64,000 nucleotides of DNA from Candidatus Daviesbacteria bacterium RIFCSPLOWO2_01_FULL_39_23 (GCA_001776935.1 MFDN01000014.1:65464-129463), one strand, 5' to 3'. Positions 48,033 through 57,959 are shown, counted from the stretch's first letter. The notes: a model not told the origin generated them from the letters alone. Numbers and translations: made by a program.

Positions 48033-49433
48033 TTAGATAAATAACTGCTTTAGCAGCCTGTCATACAAAACATACAAACTAAATCCACCATAAAAAAGAA
48101 AGGCAAAAATCATAATGGTAATTCTAAAAAACGAAGGCTGAAGAATTTTTTCCAAACTCGTTAAATTCAACCAGAGAGTTAATCCCACATGTACAAACAT
48201 GGCAAAAGCATTTAATACAGCTGCTATCAAAAGAAGCTGCAAAGGTTCTGCAAATCCTAACAAAAGGATAGTTACCCCTCCCAGAATCTGTACCCATAAA
48301 ACAGTGTAATAAATTGCAGGGATTTTCTTCTCACTTAGCTTTGAGGGTGCGGATAAAATTAAATTCTCACTCAAAATCCGGCTGGTGGCATCCAAAACAG
48401 TCAGCTGCGTCCCGAAAAGCGTTGATCCGGCGATAAAAAGGAAAAAGATTCCGGCAAAAGGAAATATATTTTGACCAATTACCAAGGCCTCCTGCAGAAC
48501 AAAATTAATATTTGCTGCCTGTCCGGTCAAACCAAATGTGGTAACGTAAGCCAGCAGTCCCAGCAGTAAAATTGTAACCGAACCGGTCAGCCAAAAGATT
48601 ATAAAATGCTCAATATTAATGTTTTTCCACCACTGTTTAAAGTTTTGAATATTTTCATGGGTTAATTCAAACTTAGTCCCGGTTATGGAAATTTCTTCTT
48701 TTTTCCCTGTGAGAACACTTGTTATCCTGCCGGAATATTTTCCCATCCCATATCCTTTTTCTTTAATGTAAAAAGCCTGAGCCAAATTCAAATTCCCTCC
48801 TGCTCCTGCATAAGCCAAAGCTGCCAAAAAAGATGCAATGGAAATGCCTGCAGGAAGTAAATAATAATCCTTCCCAATGCCGACTGAACCCTTAATAAGA
48901 TCTACCCAGTGAGATTGTTGGGCTAAAATAACACTTAAAAGAAAAATTGCAGGAACACCTATTAAAATTAAGGTCTTTTGCAGGTTTTCCACTGTTTTAT
49001 AAAGAATCGGGCCCATGGATAATATCAAACCGATAACTACCAAAAATATAATAGCCAAATATTTTGTTTCCCCGACTCCCAAAACAGTCCCAAAAAGCTT
49101 AGCTGAGGAAGCTATTATGCCTGGCCAGACCCAGGGAATAAAAGTGGAAAGTAAAAACCAAAATGAAATCCAGCGCAGTTCCCGGGCAAGCCCGACAAAC
49201 ACGCTTTCTCCGTGAGCCAGAGCATATCTTTCTATCTCCATATTCATAAAAAACTGAAAAGTAATACCAAGAAGAGCTCCCCAGATAATTCCCATTCCAT
49301 AATTTGAAGTAAGGTAGGGCCAAAGAATGATTTCGCCGCTGCCTAAACCTAGTCCTAAAATAATAAAACTGGGGCCCAAAAGTTTCAAAAGAGGAGGACA
49401 AGGAGGTAAAATGTTGACTTTTAAAGGTCTCAA
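48033..49433 (-). CDS. Nramp-related family membrane transporter (putative)
   Basis: 11-12 TM helices; N-terminal LGPSFIILGLGLGSGEIILWPYL resembles the Nramp TM1 region but lacks DPGN. Confidence 0.35.
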   Translation of the reverse strand: MRPLKVNILPPCPPLLKLLGPSFIILGLGLGSGEIILWPYLTSNYGMGIIWGALLGITFQFFMNMEIERYALAHGESVFVGLARELRWISFWFLLSTFIPWVWPGIIASSAKLFGTVLGVGETKYLAIIFLVVIGLILSMGPILYKTVENLQKTLILIGVPAIFLLSVILAQQSHWVDLIKGSVGIGKDYYLLPAGISIASFLAALAYAGAGGNLNLAQAFYIKEKGYGMGKYSGRITSVLTGKKEEISITGTKFELTHENIQNFKQWWKNINIEHFIIFWLTGSVTILLLGLLAYVTTFGLTGQAANINFVLQEALVIGQNIFPFAGIFFLFIAGSTLFGTQLTVLDATSRILSENLILSAPSKLSEKKIPAIYYTVLWVQILGGVTILLLGFAEPLQLLLIAAVLNAFAMFVHVGLTLWLNLTSLEKILQPSFFRITIMIFAFLFYGGFSLYVLYDRLLKQLFI

Positions 49434-49440
49434 GCTTTAA

Positions 49441-50025
49441 TTAATCCTTCTTGCCTGTAAGAAGAGCGTCTATAACATCATGTGGCAAGGCGGCAGCATT
49501 AAGAAGGGCTTTTCGGACCAACGAACCTGTTTCACTGCCGATTTCATCTGCGGCTTCAATTGACCCTAATACGGCTTTTTTAGCAAGCTCGCCTGAATCT
49601 TCGCCAATAACGCCTGCAGATTTTATGGCACCCTGGACGGCTGAAACAGCTGCTTCTCCCACATCTCCGCCAATACTGTCTACGCTCATAATTGTTCCGC
49701 GGGCAGCTTCGGTGGCAGTAGTGCGGACATCTCCGCCAACTTCTTTCACTCCTTCAATAGCGCCTGAAACCAAACCTGAAACTGCTTCCGTAGCTGAAAC
49801 TCCTGTTTCAGAAGCTGCATCGATTCCTTCGGAAATTACCTGACCAACTGTGTCAACCGTAGTGCTGGCTACATCGCCGCCTGCCTGAAGAGTTTTAACA
49901 ATAGTATTTTTCGCCACATCCCTGGTTGTAGCAACAACATCACCTGCACCGGAAACTATAGAAGAAAGAGCGTTTTTTAAATCGTCTGTTAAATTTGTCA
50001 TTAATGTAACCTTACCACAATCCAA
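49441..50025 (-). CDS. Gly/Val/Ala-rich repeat protein (GGDV repeats) of unknown function
   Basis: Repeats of ~11 residues (xIGGDVxxxAVxG...); C-terminal LVRKALLNAAALPHDVIDALLTGKKD is duplicated in a pseudogene fragment at 53530-53734. Confidence 0.45.
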   Translation of the reverse strand: MDCGKVTLMTNLTDDLKNALSSIVSGAGDVVATTRDVAKNTIVKTLQAGGDVASTTVDTVGQVISEGIDAASETGVSATEAVSGLVSGAIEGVKEVGGDVRTTATEAARGTIMSVDSIGGDVGEAAVSAVQGAIKSAGVIGEDSGELAKKAVLGSIEAADEIGSETGSLVRKALLNAAALPHDVIDALLTGKKD

Positions 50026-50038
50026 AAATCCCTGTCAA

Positions 50039-50440
50039 CTATTCCGAGGTTTTTCCGTCAAAGTGTTCTTCTTTTTCATCTGCTTTTGTGGGCTGCAAAG
50101 TATCTTTCTGATGCTCAGGAGGGGAGTAAAGGGTATAAAGCTTTAAATCATTGTTCCCTGTATTGATGACGTTGTGATAAGTACCGGCAGGAATAACAAT
50201 TGCCCAATCACCGTGCACGTCATATTCTGTTTCGCCGTTTTCTAAAATTACTTTTGCTTTGCCCTGCTCAATGCGGATAAATTGGTCCAACCCGTGCACT
50301 TCATTTCCGATTTCCTCTCCTGGACTAACACACATTAAAACAAGCTGGGTATAACGGGCAGTGTAAAGCACCCGCCTGTAATCGGTATTTTCTAAAGTCT
50401 CCTTTTCAATATTTAGAGCAAATCCCTTCATTAAAACCAA
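50039..50440 (-). CDS. Cupin-domain protein
   Basis: GEEIGNEVHGLDQFIRIEQGKAKV...DWAIVIPAGTYHNVINTG two-motif cupin signature. Confidence 0.7.
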   Translation of the reverse strand: MVLMKGFALNIEKETLENTDYRRVLYTARYTQLVLMCVSPGEEIGNEVHGLDQFIRIEQGKAKVILENGETEYDVHGDWAIVIPAGTYHNVINTGNNDLKLYTLYSPPEHQKDTLQPTKADEKEEHFDGKTSE

Positions 50441-50442
50441 TC

Positions 50443-50964
50443 TTACTTCCTGTATAGAATTTTTTCAAATATTTTACTCACAATAAAACCTGCAAAACCG
50501 GAAAATACCGCTACTGCAAAAGAAACTATTAAGATAACCTCAGGAAATAAAGGAACAAATTTATAATGCAGGCTTTGCCGGCCTTCCATAAAATGTGTAT
50601 ATAAAACAGGAACCTTAAACAAACTTGTAATAATTTCTACTGTTGCTAACCAAACCAACACGTAAATAATACTTACATGAAGACTTTGAAATAAGCTCTT
50701 CTTAATATTCATTCCATTAATTAAGAAAGCAAGAAATGATACCGGAATTAATGAAAATATGAGTAAATAAATATCAAAGCCATATTTTTTTTGGCATATT
50801 TCAAAAATATACACACATGATTGACAAGCACCACATCTTCCACCATTAAAATTATCATTAAATGCAGACTGAATTTTTTCTGTGCCCAATAAAAAATTTA
50901 TATACAGCAATAATATAAACAGAAGAACACTAAATGCTATCTGATATTTGCCTATTTTTTTCAT
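50443..50964 (-). CDS. Hypothetical membrane protein
   Basis: 173 aa, 4 TM helices, Cys-rich loop GGRCGACQSC. Confidence 0.4.
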   Translation of the reverse strand: MKKIGKYQIAFSVLLFILLLYINFLLGTEKIQSAFNDNFNGGRCGACQSCVYIFEICQKKYGFDIYLLIFSLIPVSFLAFLINGMNIKKSLFQSLHVSIIYVLVWLATVEIITSLFKVPVLYTHFMEGRQSLHYKFVPLFPEVILIVSFAVAVFSGFAGFIVSKIFEKILYRK

Positions 50965-51308
50965 CAGCTTTTATTGGTTAAAGGAAATAATTCTCTAACG
51001 GTCTTTAAAATCTTGTTTCTGATCTTAAGGGTTAACCGGCCGACGGTTTTTTTAATAATAGTTGTATCTGCCGTAAAGACTTTATCCGGCCTTACAAAAC
51101 TTTCAACCGGTAATTTACCTTTAGCAAAATCTTTTGATTTAATACAAATTGCTATTTTGCTTGTATAAGGCTTTGAGGTAATTTGACACAGGATAATATT
51201 TCCGAATTCAACATTAGCCAAAACCAAAGCAGGGCGGATCTTTTGACCCTTTAAATTGGAAAAAGGGAATGCAACTAAAACAATACTGCCTACTGTAAAC
51301 TTGCCCAT
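50964..51308 (-). CDS. mazF: MazF/PemK-family mRNA interferase toxin
   Basis: GSIVLVAFPFSNLKGQKIRPALVL matches PemK/MazF N-terminal consensus (GdivlvdFpfsd.sg.K.RPalVl). Confidence 0.7.
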   Translation of the reverse strand: MGKFTVGSIVLVAFPFSNLKGQKIRPALVLANVEFGNIILCQITSKPYTSKIAICIKSKDFAKGKLPVESFVRPDKVFTADTTIIKKTVGRLTLKIRNKILKTVRELFPLTNKS

Positions 51309-51526
51309 GCTTCATCCTCTTCCGGTCGATTCCAGTCGGTTGCGAGTGTTTTTTCTGATAATAACGTGCTTGCTGTTGAGGTATTTTTTACAGGCGCTGA
51401 AACAATTCTTATCTCGCCCCTTTTTACCTGTAATTCAACCTGCTCGCCAAGACCGCTTTCGGTCAAAACAGGTTTTGGAATACGTATTCCGCGGGAATTT
51501 CCTATCGCAATAATTGTTGTTATCAT
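51290..51526 (-). CDS. mazE: MazE/AbrB-type antitoxin
   Basis: IGNSRGIRIPKPVL swapped-hairpin SpoVT/AbrB motif; overlaps mazF start. Confidence 0.7.
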   Translation of the reverse strand: MITTIIAIGNSRGIRIPKPVLTESGLGEQVELQVKRGEIRIVSAPVKNTSTASTLLSEKTLATDWNRPEEDEAWASLQ

Positions 51527-51560
51527 AGTAATTACATTGTAGTTACATATTTAATAATTG

Positions 51561-52121
51561 TCAAGAGGTTGTTATCAGATGTTCAAGCAGGATCTTCAAT
51601 CCGATAATTATTAAAACCACTCCTCCTGCTATTTCTACTTTTTTCCCAAAAAATGATCCTATTTTATTGCCAAATATAAATCCCAAAAAGCTAAACACAA
51701 AAGTGACAATACCGATTATGGCGACAGATACCAAAAGCGGTATCTTAATTAAACTTAAACTTATCCCGACAATAAGGGCATCTATGCTTGTAGCTATGGA
51801 AAGTATTAAAAGCGTTCTGATATTTAAAATATCTTTTTTTTCATCATTTTCTTTTAGTGCTTCATAAATCATTTTTACACCAATTATCGCAAGGAGAAAA
51901 AATGCAATCCAGTGATCGATAGATGAAATAAAACTGCTTAAGGCCTCACCAATCAGCCAGCCTAAAAGAGGCATCATTGCCTGAAACCCGCCAAAAAAAG
52001 CAGCCACCTTTAAGCCGTGGGCAATTTTTGCTTTTTGATTCAGGCCGCCTGCAATACTGACGCTGACGCAATCAATTGCCAAACTAAAAGATATAAAAAG
52101 AATCTGTAAAATAAGCGCCAT
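51561..52121 (-). CDS. mntP: Manganese efflux pump MntP (DUF204)
   Basis: Two-repeat 6-TM architecture with SLAIDCVSVSIAGG and SIATSIDALIVGIS motifs. Confidence 0.75.
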   Translation of the reverse strand: MALILQILFISFSLAIDCVSVSIAGGLNQKAKIAHGLKVAAFFGGFQAMMPLLGWLIGEALSSFISSIDHWIAFFLLAIIGVKMIYEALKENDEKKDILNIRTLLILSIATSIDALIVGISLSLIKIPLLVSVAIIGIVTFVFSFLGFIFGNKIGSFFGKKVEIAGGVVLIIIGLKILLEHLITTS

Positions 52122-52125
52122 TTTG

Positions 52126-52392
52126 TCAGTATAACAAAACAGAATTTGCTATCAATTCTTCTTTTTCGGGTTTGGTTAACTGCTTTAATTGATATTCCCT
52201 TTTTAAGGCTTCAGATCTTGTTGCAAATTTTTCCAAATACACAAGGGAAAAGAAAGGAAAGGAACGGAGGTATTTGGCAGATTTGCCATTTTTACTTTTA
52301 TGCTCATTTAACCTTTTTTCTAAATTATTAGTTTGCCCAATATAAAGGGTGTTTGAGAAAGTACGCAGAATATAAACAATATATTGCACCAA
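52126..52392 (-). CDS. GIY-YIG nuclease-domain small protein (UPF0213-like), copy A
   Basis: YIVYILRT (GIY), LYIGQTNNLEKRLNEH (YIG + Arg/Glu), 88 aa. Confidence 0.75.
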   Translation of the reverse strand: MVQYIVYILRTFSNTLYIGQTNNLEKRLNEHKSKNGKSAKYLRSFPFFSLVYLEKFATRSEALKREYQLKQLTKPEKEELIANSVLLY

Positions 52393-52535
52393 ACTATTAT
52401 ATAACCTCAGAGGTTCAAAGTTGCTTTAATTTACTGTAGTTACTGATGCTTTGCAAATGTCGCTTTCATCGCCGGATAATCCAATAATCTTGGTATTGCT
52501 AGCACAGGTTCCCGATAAACTGAACAACTTTAAAC

Positions 52536-53300
52536 CTATCTATTAACCGATAATATACAGTTACTGGCTTTGTTTTCGGCTACAGCTATCGAAGTAATAA
52601 AATGATCCACTAAGAAAGAATTCTGTCCGCCCCGTGTTTCGTCAGGATCGTTGATGTAGACTTTTTCCTCATCTATTCCCGTGACCACTACGGCATGGTT
52701 TATGGTTTTTCCCTCAATATCATCCGGCTCGTATTTTTTTGTTTCTGCGTTGTATTTGTCCCTTGGCGCATCATAGATATAATTATAGCTAACAATCGAA
52801 AGAAATGGTCCTTTTTTAATCAAGTCCCGGAGATAGTCTTCACTAAGTCTTGAGATATTAAATTTTACACCGCTGCCGAGCATATTAATATAAGAATCGA
52901 TCATTATGTTACGTATGTCAAAGGAAACCACTGTTTGATTATTGCTTCCTTTCAATTTTTGTAATTTTCCCAAAATCTCATTAGTTGAAATATTTTTCCA
53001 TGACCTGTCTATGATCTCGCAGTCAAAAGAATCCAAAGTTGCCTCAAATCCTAAAGACTTTATCCATGCTGCGATATCCATAAGTAAAGTACCATAAGGC
53101 TTTCCTTGAGAATCAAAGCGTACGGGAATTTTTGATTGTATCTGCCCTATAGTTAAACTCAACCCGTAATAGCTTAGCAGCATGGCAACCGATGCTTGAA
53201 CACAGTTTGATGATTCAGTTTGTGTTAAAAAAGGTATTTCGTAAAAAATTTTATTTCCCATACTAATTCCATGATAGCAGTTTCGCAGGAAAACACGCAA
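52536..53300 (-). CDS. Papain-like cysteine peptidase, C39-like domain protein
   Basis: QTESSNCVQASVAMLLSYYG (Gln-Cys of the C39 oxyanion/nucleophile) and downstream INHAVVVTGIDEE (His). Confidence 0.5.
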   Translation of the reverse strand: MRVFLRNCYHGISMGNKIFYEIPFLTQTESSNCVQASVAMLLSYYGLSLTIGQIQSKIPVRFDSQGKPYGTLLMDIAAWIKSLGFEATLDSFDCEIIDRSWKNISTNEILGKLQKLKGSNNQTVVSFDIRNIMIDSYINMLGSGVKFNISRLSEDYLRDLIKKGPFLSIVSYNYIYDAPRDKYNAETKKYEPDDIEGKTINHAVVVTGIDEEKVYINDPDETRGGQNSFLVDHFITSIAVAENKASNCILSVNR

Positions 53301-53529
53301 CCTTTAAGTATTTATCTCTATTTTTTACAGCCAGTTGAAAACAACATACTTATCGATATATCCTTTCTATAACCTGTTGCAAGTCCGGCTAAAATCATTG
53401 CAACTACTCCTTTTTCATAAAAAGCCTTACCAGAACCATTGTGTCCGGTTAGAACGTGCAGTCTACTACATCCAAATGGAACTGATATTTTTTTCTCCTT
53501 TACTGCTTTTGCTTTTATATTCCATTAAA

Positions 53530-53734
53530 CAGGTTAATCAATACGAGCGCGGGGTTAAATTTAGGTTTGGTAAGAGGAGTAATTGATGGAGCAAAAGACA
53601 CAGGAGTAAATGTAACAGAAGCAGCAGATGAAATCGGTTCAGAAGCAGGCAGTATTGTCAGGAAAGCACTTCTTAATGCGGAAGCACTACCTCATGGTAT
53701 TATCGATGCTCTCTTAACTGGTAAAACAGAGTAA
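53530..53734 (+). pseudogene. C-terminal fragment of a paralogue of the 49441-50025 repeat protein (no start codon)
   Basis: Translates to ...DGAKDTGVNVTEAADEIGSEAGSIVRKALLNAEALPHGIIDALLTGKTE*, ~75% identical to the last 40 residues of the 49441-50025 product; no in-frame ATG with RBS. Confidence 0.45.
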
Positions 53735-53765
53735 TTTTAACTTTCCTATGCTATACTAGGCATTA

Positions 53766-56555
53766 GTGAACATCACTAAATTTTTTTCCTTGACATTCTT
53801 AGGTCTGGCTTTTGTTACTTTTATTTTCTTCTCAAGCATTATTTCCTTGATTACCGACTGGTGGTGGTACCAAGAAGTAGGATTTACCGAAATCTTTATA
53901 AAATCCCTAAGCACTAAAATCATTGTAGGTTTAGTAGCAGGAATTACCGCTGCCATTTTTCTTCTTACGAACTTATCTCTTGCCATCCGTTCGAAAATAC
54001 CCTGGATGGCAGCCATTCCTGAAGTTATCATCGGTGCCAATCAACCAATTAGCTTAAATAGTAGAATAATTGGGAAGCTCGGCATTATTCTAAGCTGTAT
54101 CATTGCCATCTTTATTGGTCTTATCGCCGCAAGCAGTTGGCATGACGTCTTAAAGTTTATATCAGGTGTACCGTTTGGGCAAAAAGACCCGATATTTGCT
54201 GCTGATGTATCTTTTTACGTGTTTTCCCTGCCTGTTTTTTCTTTGGGCCTTGGTCTTATAAAAACCGTTATCCTGATATCGCTTATCGGTTGCGGCGTAA
54301 TTTACATTTTACGAGGCAGCCTCAATTTATCAAGCCTTTTTCCTAAAATTGACCTCTCTAAATTGACCGGAAAACCTGAAAGTTTGATTATCAGACCTGC
54401 GAGAGATTCGAGTACTGATCCTAAAGCCAGACTGCATATCGGCATTCTACTATCTCTCTTTTTGGCAACAATTGCCACAAGCACATATCTTTCTCTCTAT
54501 AATTTGCTTACCAGTCAGAGCGGTCCGGTGTTTGGTGCGGCCTTCACCGATGCCAATGTTATGATACCAATTCTTCGTGTATCTGTTTTTGTTTACGGCC
54601 TGGCTGTGATTTTAGCGCTATTTTACGGGATTAGCGGGAGAATCGCGCCTCTTTTTGTAGCAATTTTTTTGACTGTAATCGTCGGGTTTACCTCTTTAAT
54701 TATCCCTTCTATTTTCCAGAAACTGGTGGTTGCGCCCAATGAGCTTACCAAAGAAACACCGTTTATCAAACACAACATTGAATTAACCCGCAAGGCTTAT
54801 GATTTGGATAAGGTAGAAGAGCGGGAAATAGAAGCCAGTAAACCGGTTACAGCTTCCGATATTGCAACTAATAATCTCACCATCAAAAATGTCAGACTGT
54901 GGGACAAGGCGCCGCTTTTGTCTACTTTTTCGCAAATTCAGGAGATTAGAACTTACTACGAGTTTGCCTCTGTTGATAATGACCGTTATACAATTAACGA
55001 AGAATTGCGCCAGATTATGCTTTCTCCCAGAGAGCTGGATTCGGATAGCCTGCCCAACAAAAACTGGATTAATGAACGGTTAACCTTTACTCATGGCTAT
55101 GGGGTAACCGGCGGACCGGTAAATCAGGTTACTCCTGAAGGATTGCCTGTACTATTCGTCAAAGACTTACCTCCAAAATCCGAAGTCAAAGAACTTGAAG
55201 TCACAAGGCCGGAAGTTTACTACGGGGAAATCCCTAACGAGTATGTAATTGTCAAAACCAAATCTAAGGAGTTTGATTATCCCAAAGGCGAAGAAAATGT
55301 CTATACCACATATGACGGGAAAGGCGGAGTAGAAATCAACTCTCCTTTGCGCCGGTTCCTGTATGCTTTGCGATTTGGCTCCCTCAAATTATTTTTATCA
55401 AGCGATGTTACAGCTGAGAGCCGTATCCTTTATTACCGCAATATAAAGGAGAGAGTTGCTAAAATTGCTCCGTTTCTTACACTTGACCGCGACCCGTATC
55501 TGGTTATCGCTGAAGGCAAACTGTATTGGATCCTTGATGCCTATACATCAACCGACCGTTATCCCTATTCCCAACAGCTGCCATTAAATGGAGGTAAGGT
55601 AAATTATATTAGAAATTCCGTTAAAGCAATGGTAGATGCTTACGACGGAACAGTCAAGCTTTATCAAAGCGATGCTGATGATCCGATTATCAAAACCTAT
55701 GCCAAAATTTTTCCCAAAACTTTTCTTCCGCTTTCTGAAATGCCCAAAAGCTTGACTCCCCACCTCCGTTATCCCGAAGATATTTTTACTTTGCAAACTG
55801 CAATCTACACCACCTACCATATGGATGACCCGCAGATTTTCTACAACAAAGAGGACCAGTGGGAAATCCCTGCTATTGCTTCAGGCGGCGAGACGCAAGC
55901 CGGCGGCAGAGTATCGGCAATGGATCCGCGGCACATGATTATGAAGCTCCCGGGTGAGAAAAAAGAGGAGTATATTCTTATGCTGCCCTTTACCCCGCGG
56001 GCAAAAGACAATCTGTCTGCCTGGATGGTAGCCAGAAATGACGGAGAACAGTATGGTAAACTGGTTGTCTACCGTTTCCCCAAAGATAAACTGGTGTTTG
56101 GTCCCAAACAGGTTATAGGCAGAATTAATCAGGACGCAGAAGTCAGTCGGCAGATCTCTTTATGGGATCAGCGCGGGTCGCAGGTTATCCAGGGGCCGCT
56201 GCTGGTTATTCCTATTGAGGAGTCTTTAGTATATGTCCGTCCGCTCTATCTTAAGGCAGAGGCAGGGAAAATTCCGGAACTCAAACGGGTCATCGTCGCA
56301 TACGAGAATAAAATTGCCATGGAAGAGACACTGGAAGCAGGCCTGGCTAAAATCTTCGGCACTGCCGAAGGCCAAACCAAACCATCCGGAGAATCACCGG
56401 TTAGAGCAGCGCCTGCCGACCCGACCAAAGAAAACCTTCTTCAGCAGGCAAACCAGGCATATCAGTCTGCCATCAATGCGCAACGGGAGGGAGACTGGGG
56501 CAGGTACGGAGAGGAGATAAAAAAGCTGGGTGAAATATTAAGTAAACTACGCTGA
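53766..56555 (+). CDS. UPF0182-family large membrane protein
   Basis: N-terminal 7-TM block beginning LITDWWWYQEVGFTEIF (UPF0182 hallmark WWxxE/Q-VG-Y/F) followed by ~650-aa extracytoplasmic domain; 929 aa. Confidence 0.7.
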   Translation: MNITKFFSLTFLGLAFVTFIFFSSIISLITDWWWYQEVGFTEIFIKSLSTKIIVGLVAGITAAIFLLTNLSLAIRSKIPWMAAIPEVIIGANQPISLNSRIIGKLGIILSCIIAIFIGLIAASSWHDVLKFISGVPFGQKDPIFAADVSFYVFSLPVFSLGLGLIKTVILISLIGCGVIYILRGSLNLSSLFPKIDLSKLTGKPESLIIRPARDSSTDPKARLHIGILLSLFLATIATSTYLSLYNLLTSQSGPVFGAAFTDANVMIPILRVSVFVYGLAVILALFYGISGRIAPLFVAIFLTVIVGFTSLIIPSIFQKLVVAPNELTKETPFIKHNIELTRKAYDLDKVEEREIEASKPVTASDIATNNLTIKNVRLWDKAPLLSTFSQIQEIRTYYEFASVDNDRYTINEELRQIMLSPRELDSDSLPNKNWINERLTFTHGYGVTGGPVNQVTPEGLPVLFVKDLPPKSEVKELEVTRPEVYYGEIPNEYVIVKTKSKEFDYPKGEENVYTTYDGKGGVEINSPLRRFLYALRFGSLKLFLSSDVTAESRILYYRNIKERVAKIAPFLTLDRDPYLVIAEGKLYWILDAYTSTDRYPYSQQLPLNGGKVNYIRNSVKAMVDAYDGTVKLYQSDADDPIIKTYAKIFPKTFLPLSEMPKSLTPHLRYPEDIFTLQTAIYTTYHMDDPQIFYNKEDQWEIPAIASGGETQAGGRVSAMDPRHMIMKLPGEKKEEYILMLPFTPRAKDNLSAWMVARNDGEQYGKLVVYRFPKDKLVFGPKQVIGRINQDAEVSRQISLWDQRGSQVIQGPLLVIPIEESLVYVRPLYLKAEAGKIPELKRVIVAYENKIAMEETLEAGLAKIFGTAEGQTKPSGESPVRAAPADPTKENLLQQANQAYQSAINAQREGDWGRYGEEIKKLGEILSKLR

Positions 56556-56711
56556 TGATTCAGTTTATTATCATCAAAAAGATATTTTTATTCCTGATAC
56601 CTCTTTTCCTTTTTTATCTTTTGAAAAAAAAGGGTAACAATCAGCAGCCTAAAAGAAAATCATATCTGTCCGAATTTGACAAAGAAATGATTGTGGAAGG
56701 AGAAATTGTAG

Positions 56712-57155
56712 ACGAAAGCAGCAGTAACCGCTGACATCCCGTCTCATCCCTTTTATTACGGCGAATTTGAGCAACAGATATATGAGCTAAAAACCAAAGC
56801 CAAGATTGATTATCGTTTAATAGATGAGGTTTTGTCTCTGACCACAAACATTTATCAAACTTATATGGAAGCCCCTGATTTTCTAAAGAGACATTACCTG
56901 AGGTTATTCTTTGACAAGATATACGTAAAGGATAAAAAGCTATGGAAAGTGGTTGAAAATCCAGTGTTTTCAGTACTAAGAAAACAGGAGAAACTTATAA
57001 TAGACGGGCACTGGTTGGCGGATATAGATGCTATTCGAACTTTTTGGGCAGCTGCCCAAAAAAGATACTTAAAAAAAGATGAGAATTGGGTACAAAAACC
57101 TTGGGACAAGGAAGTGTTAGATTGGCTAGTCACATTAATAACAATAACAGCTTAA
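56712..57155 (+). pseudogene. Possible C-terminal remnant of a recombinase-like gene (open frame without ATG start; TTG at 56832)
   Basis: Frame is open from the stop at 56709; YYGEFEQQIYELK...LKRHYLRLFFDKIYV resembles C-terminal regions (DUF4368-like) of large serine recombinases, from memory only. Confidence 0.2.
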
Positions 57156-57445
57156 TTTCCAGCAATTAATGCTTCCTTTTTTGCTTTAGTCCACTGTTTT
57201 AATTGATATTCTCTCCTCATAGCCTCAATTCTAGTAAGATATTGTTCTGAATAAACTAACTTAAACGAATCAAAGTATCTAATATATTTAGCAGATTTGC
57301 CATTTTTACTTTTATGTTCATTTAACCTTTTTTCTAAATTATTTGTCTGGCCGATATAAAGGGTGTTTGAGGAAGTACGAAGAATGTAAACATAGTAGCA
57401 ATCCTTTGACTCCCTTTGGTCACTCAGGGCATTCAACCTAATCAT
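57152..57445 (-). CDS. GIY-YIG nuclease-domain small protein, copy B
   Basis: YYVYILRTSSNTLYIGQTNNLEKRLNEHKSKNGKSAKY identical over ~35 residues to copy A; 5' ~170 nt ~90% identical at DNA level, 3' part diverged. Confidence 0.75.
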   Translation of the reverse strand: MIRLNALSDQRESKDCYYVYILRTSSNTLYIGQTNNLEKRLNEHKSKNGKSAKYIRYFDSFKLVYSEQYLTRIEAMRREYQLKQWTKAKKEALIAGN

Positions 57446-57524
57446 AATCTTAATATATTAAGATTAGTTTGATGCATATTCAATAATTGAAAAGTGCAAA
57501 CAAACCGAATATACTTTTTATACT

Positions 57525-57824
57525 ATGGATGATACCAAGAAAATGCTTCAGGCTATAATTTCTGGACAAAATGCTCTCAAGCAGGAATTAGTAGTAAAAA
57601 TCGATAAGTTAGGTGAAAAACTGGACGGCAGAATAGATGGATTAGAGGGTAGAATAGACACTCTTGAGGAAAGGGTTGTGAAAGTTGGAAATAATTTAAC
57701 AAAAAGGATCGACAAAATTGGTAAACAACTTGCATATCTCGAAGATGATTCTCCAACCAGAGAAGAATATGATGAATTAGAAAAAAGAGTACATAAAATT
57801 GAACAAAAAGTCATCTCAGTATAG
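57525..57824 (+). CDS. Small coiled-coil protein (hypothetical)
   Basis: 99 aa, continuous heptad pattern (KIDKLGEKLDGRIDGLEGRIDTLEERV). Confidence 0.45.
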   Translation: MDDTKKMLQAIISGQNALKQELVVKIDKLGEKLDGRIDGLEGRIDTLEERVVKVGNNLTKRIDKIGKQLAYLEDDSPTREEYDELEKRVHKIEQKVISV

Positions 57825-57830
57825 GTTCAA

Positions 57831-57847
57831 AGTTGCGGGACATGGAT
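57831..57847. repeat. 17-nt copy of tRNA-Gln 3' end
   Basis: agttgcgggacatggat identical to 57958-57974 at the 3' end of tRNA-Gln, 127 bp away. Confidence 0.6.
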
Positions 57848-57916
57848 AATCCCGTATCCTTCGATGACTCAGGATTAACGAACCTCGTAAACGGATTCAA
57901 ATCCCATTATCCACTT

Positions 57917-57959
57917 CTAGATACAAAAAGACCCTCACAAGGAGGGTTTTTGTATCTAG
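57917..57959. terminator. Strong bidirectional hairpin between coiled-coil gene and tRNA-Gln
   Basis: ctagatacaaaaagaccctc-acaag-gagggtttttgtatctag, ~18 bp stem with internal A/T run. Confidence 0.55.
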
